Shown piece after piece: positions 19,063 to 28,435 of a stretch of DNA of 64,000 bases. Under the pieces are notes generated by a model. That model searched no databases. It saw only the letters and a program-made list of their open reading frames with translations, and was not told the DNA's origin. Where the stretch lies: NCBI GenBank assembly GCA_944363535.1, contig CALVUG010000001.1:16461-80460 (forward strand), in the 5' to 3' direction. The translations under genes and the position numbers were made by a program. Numbering within the stretch: the first letter of the stretch is position 1; each line of letters opens with the position of its first letter. This stretch comes from an uncultured Bacilli bacterium. Its GTDB lineage: Bacteria; Bacillota_I; Bacilli_A; RFN20; CAG-826.

Positions 19063-19204
19063 CAGCCTCCTTCAATAAGAAAACGGACCCGAAGAGAGCC
19101 CGTCAAATATCAAATTATTCTGATATCGTAGCGTCAACCAATTAACTTTAGTCAATCTGGTGAGAAATGGGCTTTCTTCTTTCTACGTTTTCGCAATGAA
19201 TATA
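19063..19204 (-). promoter_or_regulatory. untranslated leader upstream of infC (candidate L20-responsive leader)
   Basis: ~140-nt non-coding gap between the NUDIX gene and the infC SD. Firmicutes carry an L20-binding leader at this position. Its structure was not verified here. Confidence 0.3.
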
Positions 19205-19741
19205 TTAGACTAATATGTCTAATTTATCAACTAAATTTTTAAAAAACGGTAATTCGCGTCTTTTAACTACGTTAAGAAGTGGTTGATCTTCGTAATTTTC
19301 ATATCTTTTTATCACTTCTTTTAATGGAAGTCTCAACGATTTTTCGATGAGTGAATCACCTCTTGAGACGCGGTGTAAGTGATGCGTATCTTCTTTAATT
19401 TTGGCTAAGAAGAAGTGGACATCATTTCTTTGCTTAATTAAATCGTAAGTATCTTTTACTTCGCCTAGATAGGCTAATATTTCGATAGTGTAACCTAATT
19501 CTTCTAAGATTTCTCTTCTTAAGCCATCTTCTAAAGACTCTTCTTTTTCTTTGCCTCCACCTGGTGTTTCTAAGTAAGTTAACTTACCAAAGATATCATC
19601 TCTTTTAATTTGATGAAGGCAAATAAAATTACGTTCATCTAGAAGGATAGCTCTAACCGTGATGCGGTCATGATAAGAGACATCTTCTTTAATATTTTGA
19701 GGAATAAAATCTAAAACGATTTTAGAATTAACTTCTTTCAT
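19205..19741 (-). CDS. NUDIX hydrolase
   Basis: Nudix box GGGKEKEESLEDGLRREILEELGY. Overlaps the thrS stop by 14 nt. Confidence 0.85.
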   Translation of the reverse strand: MKEVNSKIVLDFIPQNIKEDVSYHDRITVRAILLDERNFICLHQIKRDDIFGKLTYLETPGGGKEKEESLEDGLRREILEELGYTIEILAYLGEVKDTYDLIKQRNDVHFFLAKIKEDTHHLHRVSRGDSLIEKSLRLPLKEVIKRYENYEDQPLLNVVKRRELPFFKNLVDKLDILV

Positions 19742-21452
19742 CTCTTTCTTTTCTTAACATCGCGATGAATTCATCGAGCGAGACGTTAATTTGTTCCTTT
19801 TGCATCGCTTTACGGTAAGTGACGGAACTAGAGTTCAATTCTTCATCTCCTAAGACGATCGTATAAGGAATTTTTCTCATTTGGGCTTGTCTCATACGGT
19901 AGCCAAGTTTTTCTTCACTAGTGAAGATGACTGGTCTCAAATTAAGTTCTTTTAATTTAGATGCAATTTCTATCGCTTTTTCTTCGTGCGGTTTAGCGAC
20001 TGGCAAGATTGCGACTTGTTCAGGGGCTAACCAAAGAGGGAAATGACCGGCATAATTTTCGATTAAAATACCGATGAATCTTTCGATGCTTCCAAAGATG
20101 GCGCGGTGGAGCATGATCGGTCTAACTTTTTCATTGTTTTGATCGATGTAAGTGATGTCAAATCTTTCCGGTAAGTTCATGTCGAGTTGGATGGTACCGC
20201 ATTGCCAGATACGATTCATACTATCTTTGAGTTTAAAATCGAGTTTTGGTCCGTAGAACGCTCCATCACCGGGGTTAATCTTATAAGGAATACCAAGATG
20301 TTTAATCGCTTCTTCTAAAGCGTGTTCAGATTTATTCCAAATATCGATGCTACCGATATATTTATCTTCAGGTCTCGTCGATAGTTCGATGTGATAAGGA
20401 AGATTAAACTGTTTATAGACGGTATCGTAAAGTTTTAATAAAGTGATGATTTCATCTTGTAATTGATCTTCTCTAAGGAAGATATGAGCGTCATCTTGCG
20501 TGAACGCTCTTACTCTAAATAAGCCTGAAAGTGCGCCGCTAGCCTCATAACGATGGACGTGACCAAGTTCCGCTAAGCGGATAGGAAGTTCGCGGTAAGA
20601 ATGTAAATCATTCTTATAGACGAGCATCGCTCCTGGACAAGACATCGGCTTGATAGCGAATTCTTTTTCATCGATGTGAGAAAAGAACATATTATCTTTA
20701 TAATTCGCATAATGCCCGGAAGTGAGCCATAATTCTTTCGATAGCATCGTCGGAGTTAAGATGAATTCATAACCGTGTTTGCGGTGTAATTCTTTCCAAT
20801 AATTTTCTAGTTCATCGCGGATGATCATCCCGTTAGGAAGAAAGAAGGGGAAACCAGGACCATATTCTGACATCATGAAAATTTTCATCTCTTTACCGAT
20901 GAGGCGGTGGTCTCTTTTCTTCCTTTCTTCGACGAGAGTTAAATAGTTAGTTAAATCTTCTTGCGAATAAAAGGCCGTGCCATAAATTCTCGTCAGTTGG
21001 TCATTTTTAACGTCTCCTCGCCAGTAGGCACCAGCAAGAGATAATAGTTTAAAATATTTGATCGGTTTAGTTTCTTCTAAATGTGGTCCAGCGCATAGAT
21101 CGTAGAAACTACCTTGTTTATAGATGCTTAATTCACGACCTTCTTTATGATATTCTTCGATGAGCTCTAATTTGTAAGGGTTATCTTTAAATAATTCCTT
21201 CGCTTTTTCGTAAGTGACGATCTCTTTTTCAATCTTACGATTCGTACTCAACAATTTATGCATCTCTTTTTCAATTTTAGCTAAATCGGTATCGACGATT
21301 GGTTCATCAAATTTAATATCGTAATAAAAACCTTCTTCGATCGTCGGTCCAATGCCTAATTTAGCCTCCGGATAAAGTTTTAAAACAGCTTCAGCAAGGA
21401 CGTGTGCGGTCGAGTGACGAAGTAATCTTAATGCTTCATTATCTAATTCCAT
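19728..21452 (-). CDS. thrS: threonine--tRNA ligase (short form, no TGS domain)
   Basis: Starts directly in the editing/second additional domain (LLRHSTAHVLAEAV). Class II core and anticodon-binding domain present. 574 aa. Confidence 0.95.
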   Translation of the reverse strand: MELDNEALRLLRHSTAHVLAEAVLKLYPEAKLGIGPTIEEGFYYDIKFDEPIVDTDLAKIEKEMHKLLSTNRKIEKEIVTYEKAKELFKDNPYKLELIEEYHKEGRELSIYKQGSFYDLCAGPHLEETKPIKYFKLLSLAGAYWRGDVKNDQLTRIYGTAFYSQEDLTNYLTLVEERKKRDHRLIGKEMKIFMMSEYGPGFPFFLPNGMIIRDELENYWKELHRKHGYEFILTPTMLSKELWLTSGHYANYKDNMFFSHIDEKEFAIKPMSCPGAMLVYKNDLHSYRELPIRLAELGHVHRYEASGALSGLFRVRAFTQDDAHIFLREDQLQDEIITLLKLYDTVYKQFNLPYHIELSTRPEDKYIGSIDIWNKSEHALEEAIKHLGIPYKINPGDGAFYGPKLDFKLKDSMNRIWQCGTIQLDMNLPERFDITYIDQNNEKVRPIMLHRAIFGSIERFIGILIENYAGHFPLWLAPEQVAILPVAKPHEEKAIEIASKLKELNLRPVIFTSEEKLGYRMRQAQMRKIPYTIVLGDEELNSSSVTYRKAMQKEQINVSLDEFIAMLRKERDERS

Positions 21453-21469
21453 AATTTTCTTCTCCTTTT

Positions 21470-21692
21470 TATAAAATAAAAAACGCCCACTTAAGGACGC
21501 ATCGTTCGTTGCGCGGTACCACCTTAATTTACATATATTTCATATGTACGCTCGATTGGTCTTAACGCGACCGACGGATGAATTGGTTTTCATCTTGCTC
21601 CGAAGTGGTAACGATATCATTCTTAGGATGAATTGCACCAAACTTCATCTCTCTAGGCTAAGAAAAGATATCATCTTGTCTTCTTCAACGCA
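21470..21692 (-). promoter_or_regulatory. T-box leader (Thr) of thrS
   Basis: Minus strand carries AAGGTGGTACCGCG (complement of 21512-21525). Candidate specifier ACC followed by A (complement of 21607-21609). Terminator GCGTCC..GGGCGT + T-run. Candidate promoter TTGCAA-16-TACAAT at 21725-21698. Confidence 0.85.
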
Positions 21693-21730
21693 CTTTAATT
21701 GTAATGCAAATAAGTAAATTTGCAACTGTT

Positions 21731-22381
21731 TTAATATAGGATTTCGATGCCGTAGAATAAAAGGCTCACGTCGTAATAAGCGTTTCTTTCTTCATCGAAG
21801 TTTTTGACGGTATTCACGTAAGAAAATTCATAATATGAATAATATGAGTCAAGAGTGATAGAAAAAAAAGTTCCACTTAGGGCGTCAGTGATGGTGTATT
21901 CCTTTATTAGATTATGATTTGAGTCATAGGCCTTTAATAAGTAATGGTCTTTACTAGGAGAAGAAGTGCCGCTTGTTTGAAGGGGTATAAATTCAAAATC
22001 ACGGTAGATGTTAATGACATGCTCCCTTTGCTTATTTTGCGCTTTTTCATCGCACTTAAAAATGATATTTAAGTCATCATTATCTAAATATAGATAATCG
22101 ACTTCATTTTCTTCGTTCGTTTTAAACTCTAGAATCGTTTCACTAGTGGGAGGAATTATTTCCCACGTCGCTGTCTTTGCTTCAGCATCGAAAGTTAAAG
22201 AAAGAGCGATAGCGTAACTATTCAAGGTCAAGACGACGTAAGCGACGATGATGATAACCGTAATTAAAAGTAAGACGGAAAAGCTTACGATGGTGGTGAT
22301 GACGTTACGGCGGTAGTTGTCGCCAGGAAATCTACTTGACATGATCGAAGGCGTAGACAGCCCCTCCGATGAGGCCAGCAT
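21731..22381 (-). CDS. single-TM membrane protein, unknown function
   Basis: TM VITTIVSFSVLLLITVIIIVAYVVLTL followed by a ~150-aa Tyr/Asn/Glu-rich domain. Start uncertain (ATG 22381 or 22342); both overlap the 3' end of the ROK kinase gene. Confidence 0.55.
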   Translation of the reverse strand: MLASSEGLSTPSIMSSRFPGDNYRRNVITTIVSFSVLLLITVIIIVAYVVLTLNSYAIALSLTFDAEAKTATWEIIPPTSETILEFKTNEENEVDYLYLDNDDLNIIFKCDEKAQNKQREHVINIYRDFEFIPLQTSGTSSPSKDHYLLKAYDSNHNLIKEYTITDALSGTFFSITLDSYYSYYEFSYVNTVKNFDEERNAYYDVSLLFYGIEILY

Positions 22382-23174
22382 CCTCTTTAAAATGGCAAGT
22401 GACGATCTTCAAATTTTTATTGCGACTTTTAAAATTAGAAAAGAAGATATCTTGCGATTTCATCACGCCTCCAGTGATGGTAAAAACTTCCACTTCGAAA
22501 GTTTTAGCGATGTATTGGAAAGCGCTTGATAGAAGGTTTAACCAGTCTTCATAGACTTTAATAAAGTCTACTTTGCTTTCTTTTACTCCTTCGAACATCT
22601 CTTTAGAAGAAGTGACTGTTAATCCGTTAATAGCGCATAAATTTTTGATGCCTGTGCCACTTACGAGATGTTCAAGTTCGTAATATTTACCTTTGTATTC
22701 AAATAAAGTATGACCGACTTCGTCGCTCGTCACAGCGAATTTTTTATCGATGAACATCGCGCCTCCAAAGCCGGTGGAAATGGTTACAAAATAGGAACGA
22801 CGGTAGTGTTTACCAGCACCAGCGGTCGCTTCCGCTAAACCGGCAGCGTGTGCGTCATTGATGACGTAGACTGGCAAATGATATTTATTAGAGACGAGGC
22901 TAGAAAGAGGAATATCGGACATATGTAAGTTAGGAAGTTCGTTAATGTAGCCATCTAATCTTACTCTTCCTGCCACCCCAAAACATATCGCATCGATCGG
23001 ATATTTAGAAGCCATCAATTCGTCGATTAAGTCGATCACTTGATGGAAAAGAATATCAAAATTTAATTTCTCCGTGGAAGATTTGATAACTTTTTCGATG
23101 CGGAGATTAGAATTGATGATAGCGGCTCTAATATTCGTTCCGCCTAAGTCGATAGAAATAACTCTTTTTAGCAT
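22332..23174 (-). CDS. ROK family sugar kinase (glucokinase-like)
   Basis: N-terminal IDLGGTNIRAA ATP-binding motif, NDAHAAGLAE, ROK-like glycine-rich regions. 280 aa. Confidence 0.8.
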   Translation of the reverse strand: MLKRVISIDLGGTNIRAAIINSNLRIEKVIKSSTEKLNFDILFHQVIDLIDELMASKYPIDAICFGVAGRVRLDGYINELPNLHMSDIPLSSLVSNKYHLPVYVINDAHAAGLAEATAGAGKHYRRSYFVTISTGFGGAMFIDKKFAVTSDEVGHTLFEYKGKYYELEHLVSGTGIKNLCAINGLTVTSSKEMFEGVKESKVDFIKVYEDWLNLLSSAFQYIAKTFEVEVFTITGGVMKSQDIFFSNFKSRNKNLKIVTCHFKEDAGLIGGAVYAFDHVK

Positions 23175-23176
23175 AA

Positions 23177-24604
23177 TTAAATCTTGATGATTTCTAAGAA
23201 ATCAGAATTATCTTTCGTCTGATCGATATTACCGGTGACGATGATCGTATCACCGCGTTTTAATCCATAGTTATAAGCGTATTGTCTCGCCATATTGGTC
23301 ATCTCAAAAATGTTCGTTGGGATGGAAGCGATAAGTTCGTTATATAAACCCCAGATGAGACCAAGTTTTAAGACGACTTTACGGTCGGCACTTAAAGAGA
23401 GGACAGGGGCGATAGGTCGAGCTTTAGCAAGACGCATAGCGGAAGTACCATCGTTAGTGAAATTGACGATAAGTTTAGCATTGATTAAGATAGCGGTATT
23501 AGCGATCGAATTAGCGATAGCGTCGTTATTTCCACGTTGGGAAGAATAATATGCTTCTTCACAAAGTTTCTTATAATCTAAGTATTTTTCAGTTTTAGCG
23601 GCAATCTTAGCTTGCATTTCAACCGCTTCAAAAGGATATTCGCCAGAGGCTGATTCAGCGCTTAGCATGACACAATCTGTGCTTTCTGAAATAGCGGTGA
23701 AGACGTCACTTACTTCCGCACGGGTGGGACGAGGGTGCGTCTGCATGCTATCTAACATCTGCGTCGCGGTGATGACAGGTTTTCCAAGTCTTCTTGCTTT
23801 TTGGACGAATTCTCTTTGGATGATGGGGACATCTTCCGTAGGAATTTCTACCCCTAAGTCACCTCTTGCGACCATGATACCATCCGCGATATCTAAAATA
23901 TCATCGATATTTTCTACCCCTTCAGGATTTTCAATTTTAGCGATGATAGGAATGTTAGGCTTACCATATTTAGCTAAGACTTTTTTGATGTCTAAAATAT
24001 CTTGTCTACGACGGGTGAAAGAAGCAGCGATGTAATCGACATCATTTTCGCAACCAAATTTTAAATCTTCTTCATCTTGTTTAGAGATGTAAGGTAAAGA
24101 TAATTTAGAAGCGGGTAAATTGATCGATTTACGATTTTTCACTAAGTGAGTGTTCATCGCTTTGCAGACGAGTTCACGATTTTTCGTATCTTTTTGCATG
24201 ACGACAGCTTCAAAATTACCATCGTCAATCAAGATGCGGTCTTTTATTTTGACGTCATCGAACATGCCAGCATGCGAGACGGAAAATTTATCCTTCGTGC
24301 CGAGGTACTCTTTCATCGTGATGCGGAAAGTTTGCCCTCGTTTGATGACGACACCATTATTTTCAAATAAACCGGTACGAATTTCTGGTCCACGGGTGTC
24401 AAGTAAGATAGGAAGATAAATTTCTTCATTTCTTTCTAAGTCACGGACGATTTCAATTTTCTTCTTGTGGTCTTCGTGCGTGCCGTGGGAGAAGTTAAGT
24501 CTTACCACGTTAGCGCCTAATGAAGCAAGTCTTTTAATTTTGTTATAAGTATCAGAGGCTGGTCCGACGGTGATGACGATTTTTGTCTTCTTACTAAATT
24601 TCAT
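23177..24604 (-). CDS. pyk: pyruvate kinase
   Basis: TKIV.T.GPA, NFSHG, MVARGDLGVEIP and ATQMLDSM signatures. Confidence 0.95.
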   Translation of the reverse strand: MKFSKKTKIVITVGPASDTYNKIKRLASLGANVVRLNFSHGTHEDHKKKIEIVRDLERNEEIYLPILLDTRGPEIRTGLFENNGVVIKRGQTFRITMKEYLGTKDKFSVSHAGMFDDVKIKDRILIDDGNFEAVVMQKDTKNRELVCKAMNTHLVKNRKSINLPASKLSLPYISKQDEEDLKFGCENDVDYIAASFTRRRQDILDIKKVLAKYGKPNIPIIAKIENPEGVENIDDILDIADGIMVARGDLGVEIPTEDVPIIQREFVQKARRLGKPVITATQMLDSMQTHPRPTRAEVSDVFTAISESTDCVMLSAESASGEYPFEAVEMQAKIAAKTEKYLDYKKLCEEAYYSSQRGNNDAIANSIANTAILINAKLIVNFTNDGTSAMRLAKARPIAPVLSLSADRKVVLKLGLIWGLYNELIASIPTNIFEMTNMARQYAYNYGLKRGDTIIVTGNIDQTKDNSDFLEIIKI

Positions 24605-24610
24605 AGGTTT

Positions 24611-25606
24611 TTACCTCAAAATGTCGAGTAAGCGAGTGAGATTTTCTTTTCTATCACGTGACATCGAAAGGGCTTCGTCGATGTCGATGTCTCTTACTTC
24701 GTTAGCGATGACACCGGTGACACGGCAGTAGCGGCCTTCGATCAAAGTTTCGACGGCGTGATTGCCAAGTTTAGACGCTAAGATACGATCGAATGCACTC
24801 GGCTTACCGCCTCTTTGTAATCTTCCTAAGACTTCAGTCTTACATTCGAAACCAGTCTCACGGTTAATTTTAGCCGCAAGTTCGTTAATATCTAATAAGT
24901 TTTCGGAAATTAAGATGATAGCGTGGTGTTTTTTCTTCTTTTCAAGTTCTCTTAAGTCGTTGATGAATTCTTCTTCAGGAATACGGTAATCGTAAGTGAT
25001 GACAGCTTCGACCCCTTCGGCGATACCGCTAAAGACGGCTAAATCACCGCAGTGACGACCCATGACTTCGATCAAAGAACATCTTTGGTGGGAAGAAGAA
25101 GTGTCACGAATTTTATCGACGCAATCGCAAATCGTATTTAAGCAAGTATCAAAGCCGATGGTGTAATCGGTGCTAGCGATATCGTTATCGATCGTGCCGG
25201 GAATACCGATGCAGTGGACGCCAAGTTTTGATAAGGCTAATAGACCACGGTAAGTACCGTCTCCGCCGATAGCGATCAAAGAATCGATGTTACGACGTTT
25301 AAGTTGGAGGACGGCTTTCTTTTGCACTTCGATTTTAGCGAATTCAGGAAGTCGACCGGATTGGATGATCGTTCCGCCTCGATTGATGATATCTTTGACG
25401 AAGTTACGATCGATGACAGGGTGAATATCACCTTCGACAAGACCTTTGTAGCCATCGTTGACGAAGAAGACTTCTAGTCCGTGTTTTAAAGCGCTTCTAA
25501 CGACCGCTCTTAAAGCGGCGTTCATGCCAGGTGCATCGCCGCCACTGGTGAGGACGGCAATAGATTTGACGGGTTTAGATGTACGTTTATTTGTTGTTTC
25601 ACTCAT
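24611..25606 (-). CDS. pfkA: ATP-dependent 6-phosphofructokinase
   Basis: LTSGGDAPGMNA, IGGDGTYRG, PGTIDNDI and MGRHCGDLA motifs. pfkA-pyk order as in Bacillus. Confidence 0.95.
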   Translation of the reverse strand: MSETTNKRTSKPVKSIAVLTSGGDAPGMNAALRAVVRSALKHGLEVFFVNDGYKGLVEGDIHPVIDRNFVKDIINRGGTIIQSGRLPEFAKIEVQKKAVLQLKRRNIDSLIAIGGDGTYRGLLALSKLGVHCIGIPGTIDNDIASTDYTIGFDTCLNTICDCVDKIRDTSSSHQRCSLIEVMGRHCGDLAVFSGIAEGVEAVITYDYRIPEEEFINDLRELEKKKKHHAIILISENLLDINELAAKINRETGFECKTEVLGRLQRGGKPSAFDRILASKLGNHAVETLIEGRYCRVTGVIANEVRDIDIDEALSMSRDRKENLTRLLDILR

Positions 25607-25680
25607 TTTGAAAAAACTCCTTATGCTATAATTTTAGTAAAAATTAATTAATTTATAAATAATAAATTATAAAATTTTAG

Positions 25681-25708
25681 AAAATAAAAAAGGGACATAA
25701 GTCCCTTT
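25681..25708 (-). terminator. rho-independent terminator after lemA
   Basis: Minus strand: AAAGGGAC-TTAT-GTCCCTTT followed by a T-run. Confidence 0.75.
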
Positions 25709-25730
25709 AGCAGTTAAATTGTCCGATTAA

Positions 25731-26387
25731 TTAAAAGAACACTTGTCTGGCTTGCTCTCTAATTTCGCTCGAAGTAGCGAATGGAACACGCGTAGTATAG
25801 CCAGCTTTAGCGGCCACGTATTGTTTCCAAAGCCATTGATTGACGTCATGATTCCATTGGTTGACCGTGTCGTTATAGACAGTTCTTGCTGCCGTAATTT
25901 CACGTTGCAAATAGGAATTTTGTTGTAAGCAATCTGCGAGTTCTTGGTGGGCTTTCAAATCTGGATATTGTTCGAAAGCGACGCTAATTTGATGGCCGAT
26001 GTTTTCCATCTTCGTCGCGATGTCATTACGAATTTCTTCGTTATTTGCGGAACCTGAACGATATTTAGCAATTTCTACCATCGTCGTCTTATCTAAATCG
26101 ATCGCTTTATCGAGTAGTTTGGCGGCGTTTTGTAAAATCATCACGCGTTGTTCGAGATAATTGTCAATTTCTGAAGCGTTCGTGTTAATTTTTTGTTCCA
26201 ATTGCATGAAGTGGCTTTCGAGTTTTTTCTTCTTGATGACGAGTAAGCCAAAAGTGATGATGTAAAGGAATATGACGAGACGTTTACTTCCCTTTCCAAT
26301 CGTCACAGGTATTTGCTTAGCGATGACGCGCGTATCGCGACCTTCTTCCATCGTTGGGCCAGTTAATTCATCTAATGCATTTGCCAT
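25731..26387 (-). CDS. lemA: LemA family membrane protein
   Basis: One TM (LVIFLYIITFGLLVI) followed by a helical domain with LemA-like pattern (IDNYLEQRVMILQNAAKLL...EIAKYRSG...YN..V..WN). ~35-aa N-terminal extension. Confidence 0.75.
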   Translation of the reverse strand: MANALDELTGPTMEEGRDTRVIAKQIPVTIGKGSKRLVIFLYIITFGLLVIKKKKLESHFMQLEQKINTNASEIDNYLEQRVMILQNAAKLLDKAIDLDKTTMVEIAKYRSGSANNEEIRNDIATKMENIGHQISVAFEQYPDLKAHQELADCLQQNSYLQREITAARTVYNDTVNQWNHDVNQWLWKQYVAAKAGYTTRVPFATSSEIREQARQVFF

Positions 26388-26390
26388 AAA

Positions 26391-28238
26391 TTACTTATCC
26401 TCCTCTATTTGTTTATTATACTTGAAAAGTTTATCAATTTCACTATCGATATTATCATCTTCTGGATCGGAGAAGTAAGCGACGTAACCACGGTTATAAG
26501 TGGCACTTTCGTTATTGAAACGTTCACCGAACTTATCGATCAGTTCACTTTGACGTGAATTATATTCGTGTCGCGATTTAGCGAAACGTTTGATGGAAAT
26601 AGGGGTATCTTGGACGAGTGGAAGATATTCAGTCCAGTGGACTGGGACAGCGTGCGGGTGACCGTCTCCTCCCATGACCGTCACGTATTCGACGCGTGGG
26701 ATGCCTTCGAAAGAATGCGCTCTTACGGTTACTTGGTCAGTCTTACCTCTCTTACTAGGATATAAAACCTTCAATATAGCGCGAGTGATACTGGCTGGAT
26801 GAAGGAAACGGTGGTAATCGAAATGGTTGACGATCGCTTCTTCATCGTAAGAAGTATAGTTACGCATGTAGTTTTTCTTATAAATATATTCGAAAGGTTT
26901 ATTTTGTTGGTAAAGTGGAATGGAAAGTAAGGGGGCTAAATCGAAGTAGACGCATTTGAAATAATTATCGATGTAAGCGATGAAATTTTCTTTCGTCTTA
27001 TTGACGTTATAATGGATGTAGTTACGTGGTTCACCTGAGATATCAAAAGATTGAGAATGGCTACTTGAGATGTAGTTAAGTTCCTTTCTTTTTAAGAAAG
27101 TAAAATCATCGCCAAAGGGGACAGAATTAGTGATGAGTTCGATGAGATTTTGCTGGGCAAGGGGAGTGAAAAGAAGACGATATTGAACTTCGTGATCACG
27201 GTCTAAACCACCGAATAAAGCTTCAAACTTTTCGTTGGTCATCGGGGTAAATTTCTTCCCTTCTTTTAGTGCCTTTTCAGCATATTTTCTAATATCATCA
27301 GCTTTATCTTCGACGAATTTATCGATGGATTTTTCATTTTTGACGTTCACTCCGCAGGGGCGTCTAGAAAAACTTAAATCAGGAGCAGCGTCGTTAGCGT
27401 AAACAAGATGGGTATAAGTACTATAATCTGGTGCAGGTCTTCTAATAGAAGCGGTGAGCACTTGGCTTCTTACGACCGTCCTATATCTTCCGTTTCCATC
27501 GTAGACTCTTTCCGTCCAAGTGATAGGTAAAGTACCGGTGTAAACTTTATCGATCATGTTCATATTTAAATTTCTTAACATGAGGAAAGGATTACCGACG
27601 ATGGAACCAGACATGACAAAAAGCGTCGAAGCGGTTTCTGAATCGTTATCTAAAAAACCATATTTTTCGTGCATGTAATCAAATTTTTTGATGTCGAAAT
27701 AATCATCGATTTGGATGAGAGGAACGCTCTTACGGATGATTTCACTTGGCATCGCTTCATCGAATAATGACAGTAGTGGGCTAATTTGACTAACGACCGC
27801 TTGATAAGATTCATCTCTTTTCTTATTGGCCTCGTCGCTAGCCTTTTGATGTTCTTTTATTTTCTTATTAGAGTAAGCAAGGATTAACACTAAGAAAAGA
27901 ATCGCTAAGGCGAAGCCAGGGATGGTCATACTTAAGCCGATCGTTAAGTCTTGAAGTTCGACTATGAAATATATACCTACCGCTCCGACGATAGCGAGGG
28001 CTATAGCCATGATGATGAAGAAAGTTCTAAGTCCTTTTGATCCTTTTAGCTTATTATTTTTTTCTTCCGCATCCGCGGCATTTTTTTCGTATTGTTTAGA
28101 AAGCATCTCATTTTCGTCTTGGCTCACGCCAGAACGTCTTAAGACGTCATCGAAATATTTAGATGTATAATCGAGGAGGTCGACTCTCACTTTACTTTCG
28201 TACATCTTCCTCGGTTCTAAAATCGCGTTATCGTCCAT
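26391..28238 (-). CDS. two-TM membrane protein with large uncharacterised C-terminal domain, operonic with lemA
   Basis: 615 aa: ~70-aa charged N-terminus, two TMs (FFIIMAIALAIVGAVGIYFIV; MTIPGFALAILFLVLILAY), ~490-aa domain with no motif I recognise. AGAGGTGA SD. 3-nt gap to lemA. Confidence 0.7.
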   Translation of the reverse strand: MDDNAILEPRKMYESKVRVDLLDYTSKYFDDVLRRSGVSQDENEMLSKQYEKNAADAEEKNNKLKGSKGLRTFFIIMAIALAIVGAVGIYFIVELQDLTIGLSMTIPGFALAILFLVLILAYSNKKIKEHQKASDEANKKRDESYQAVVSQISPLLSLFDEAMPSEIIRKSVPLIQIDDYFDIKKFDYMHEKYGFLDNDSETASTLFVMSGSIVGNPFLMLRNLNMNMIDKVYTGTLPITWTERVYDGNGRYRTVVRSQVLTASIRRPAPDYSTYTHLVYANDAAPDLSFSRRPCGVNVKNEKSIDKFVEDKADDIRKYAEKALKEGKKFTPMTNEKFEALFGGLDRDHEVQYRLLFTPLAQQNLIELITNSVPFGDDFTFLKRKELNYISSSHSQSFDISGEPRNYIHYNVNKTKENFIAYIDNYFKCVYFDLAPLLSIPLYQQNKPFEYIYKKNYMRNYTSYDEEAIVNHFDYHRFLHPASITRAILKVLYPSKRGKTDQVTVRAHSFEGIPRVEYVTVMGGDGHPHAVPVHWTEYLPLVQDTPISIKRFAKSRHEYNSRQSELIDKFGERFNNESATYNRGYVAYFSDPEDDNIDSEIDKLFKYNKQIEEDK

Positions 28239-28435
28239 TTTTTATCACCTCTACGAGACAATATTTTATCAAAAAATATCGTCAATTGACATATGTGAAC
28301 AAAATTGTGGAAATTGTGAATAAATGAAGAAAAATAAGTGTAGGACTAGGATAATTTTCCATAATTTGCTGGTTAAGAAATAAAATAATTTTTTAAACGT
28401 TTAAAAGTGAGGGCAAAATTATTATAATTTTAACG

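Noticed and set aside
28324-28383. 19-codon ORF (MKKNKCRTRIIFHNLLVKK) in the lemA-operon/dnaB intergenic region
   Set aside because: It has no SD, is very short and basic, and lies in an AT-rich promoter region. It is most likely fortuitous.
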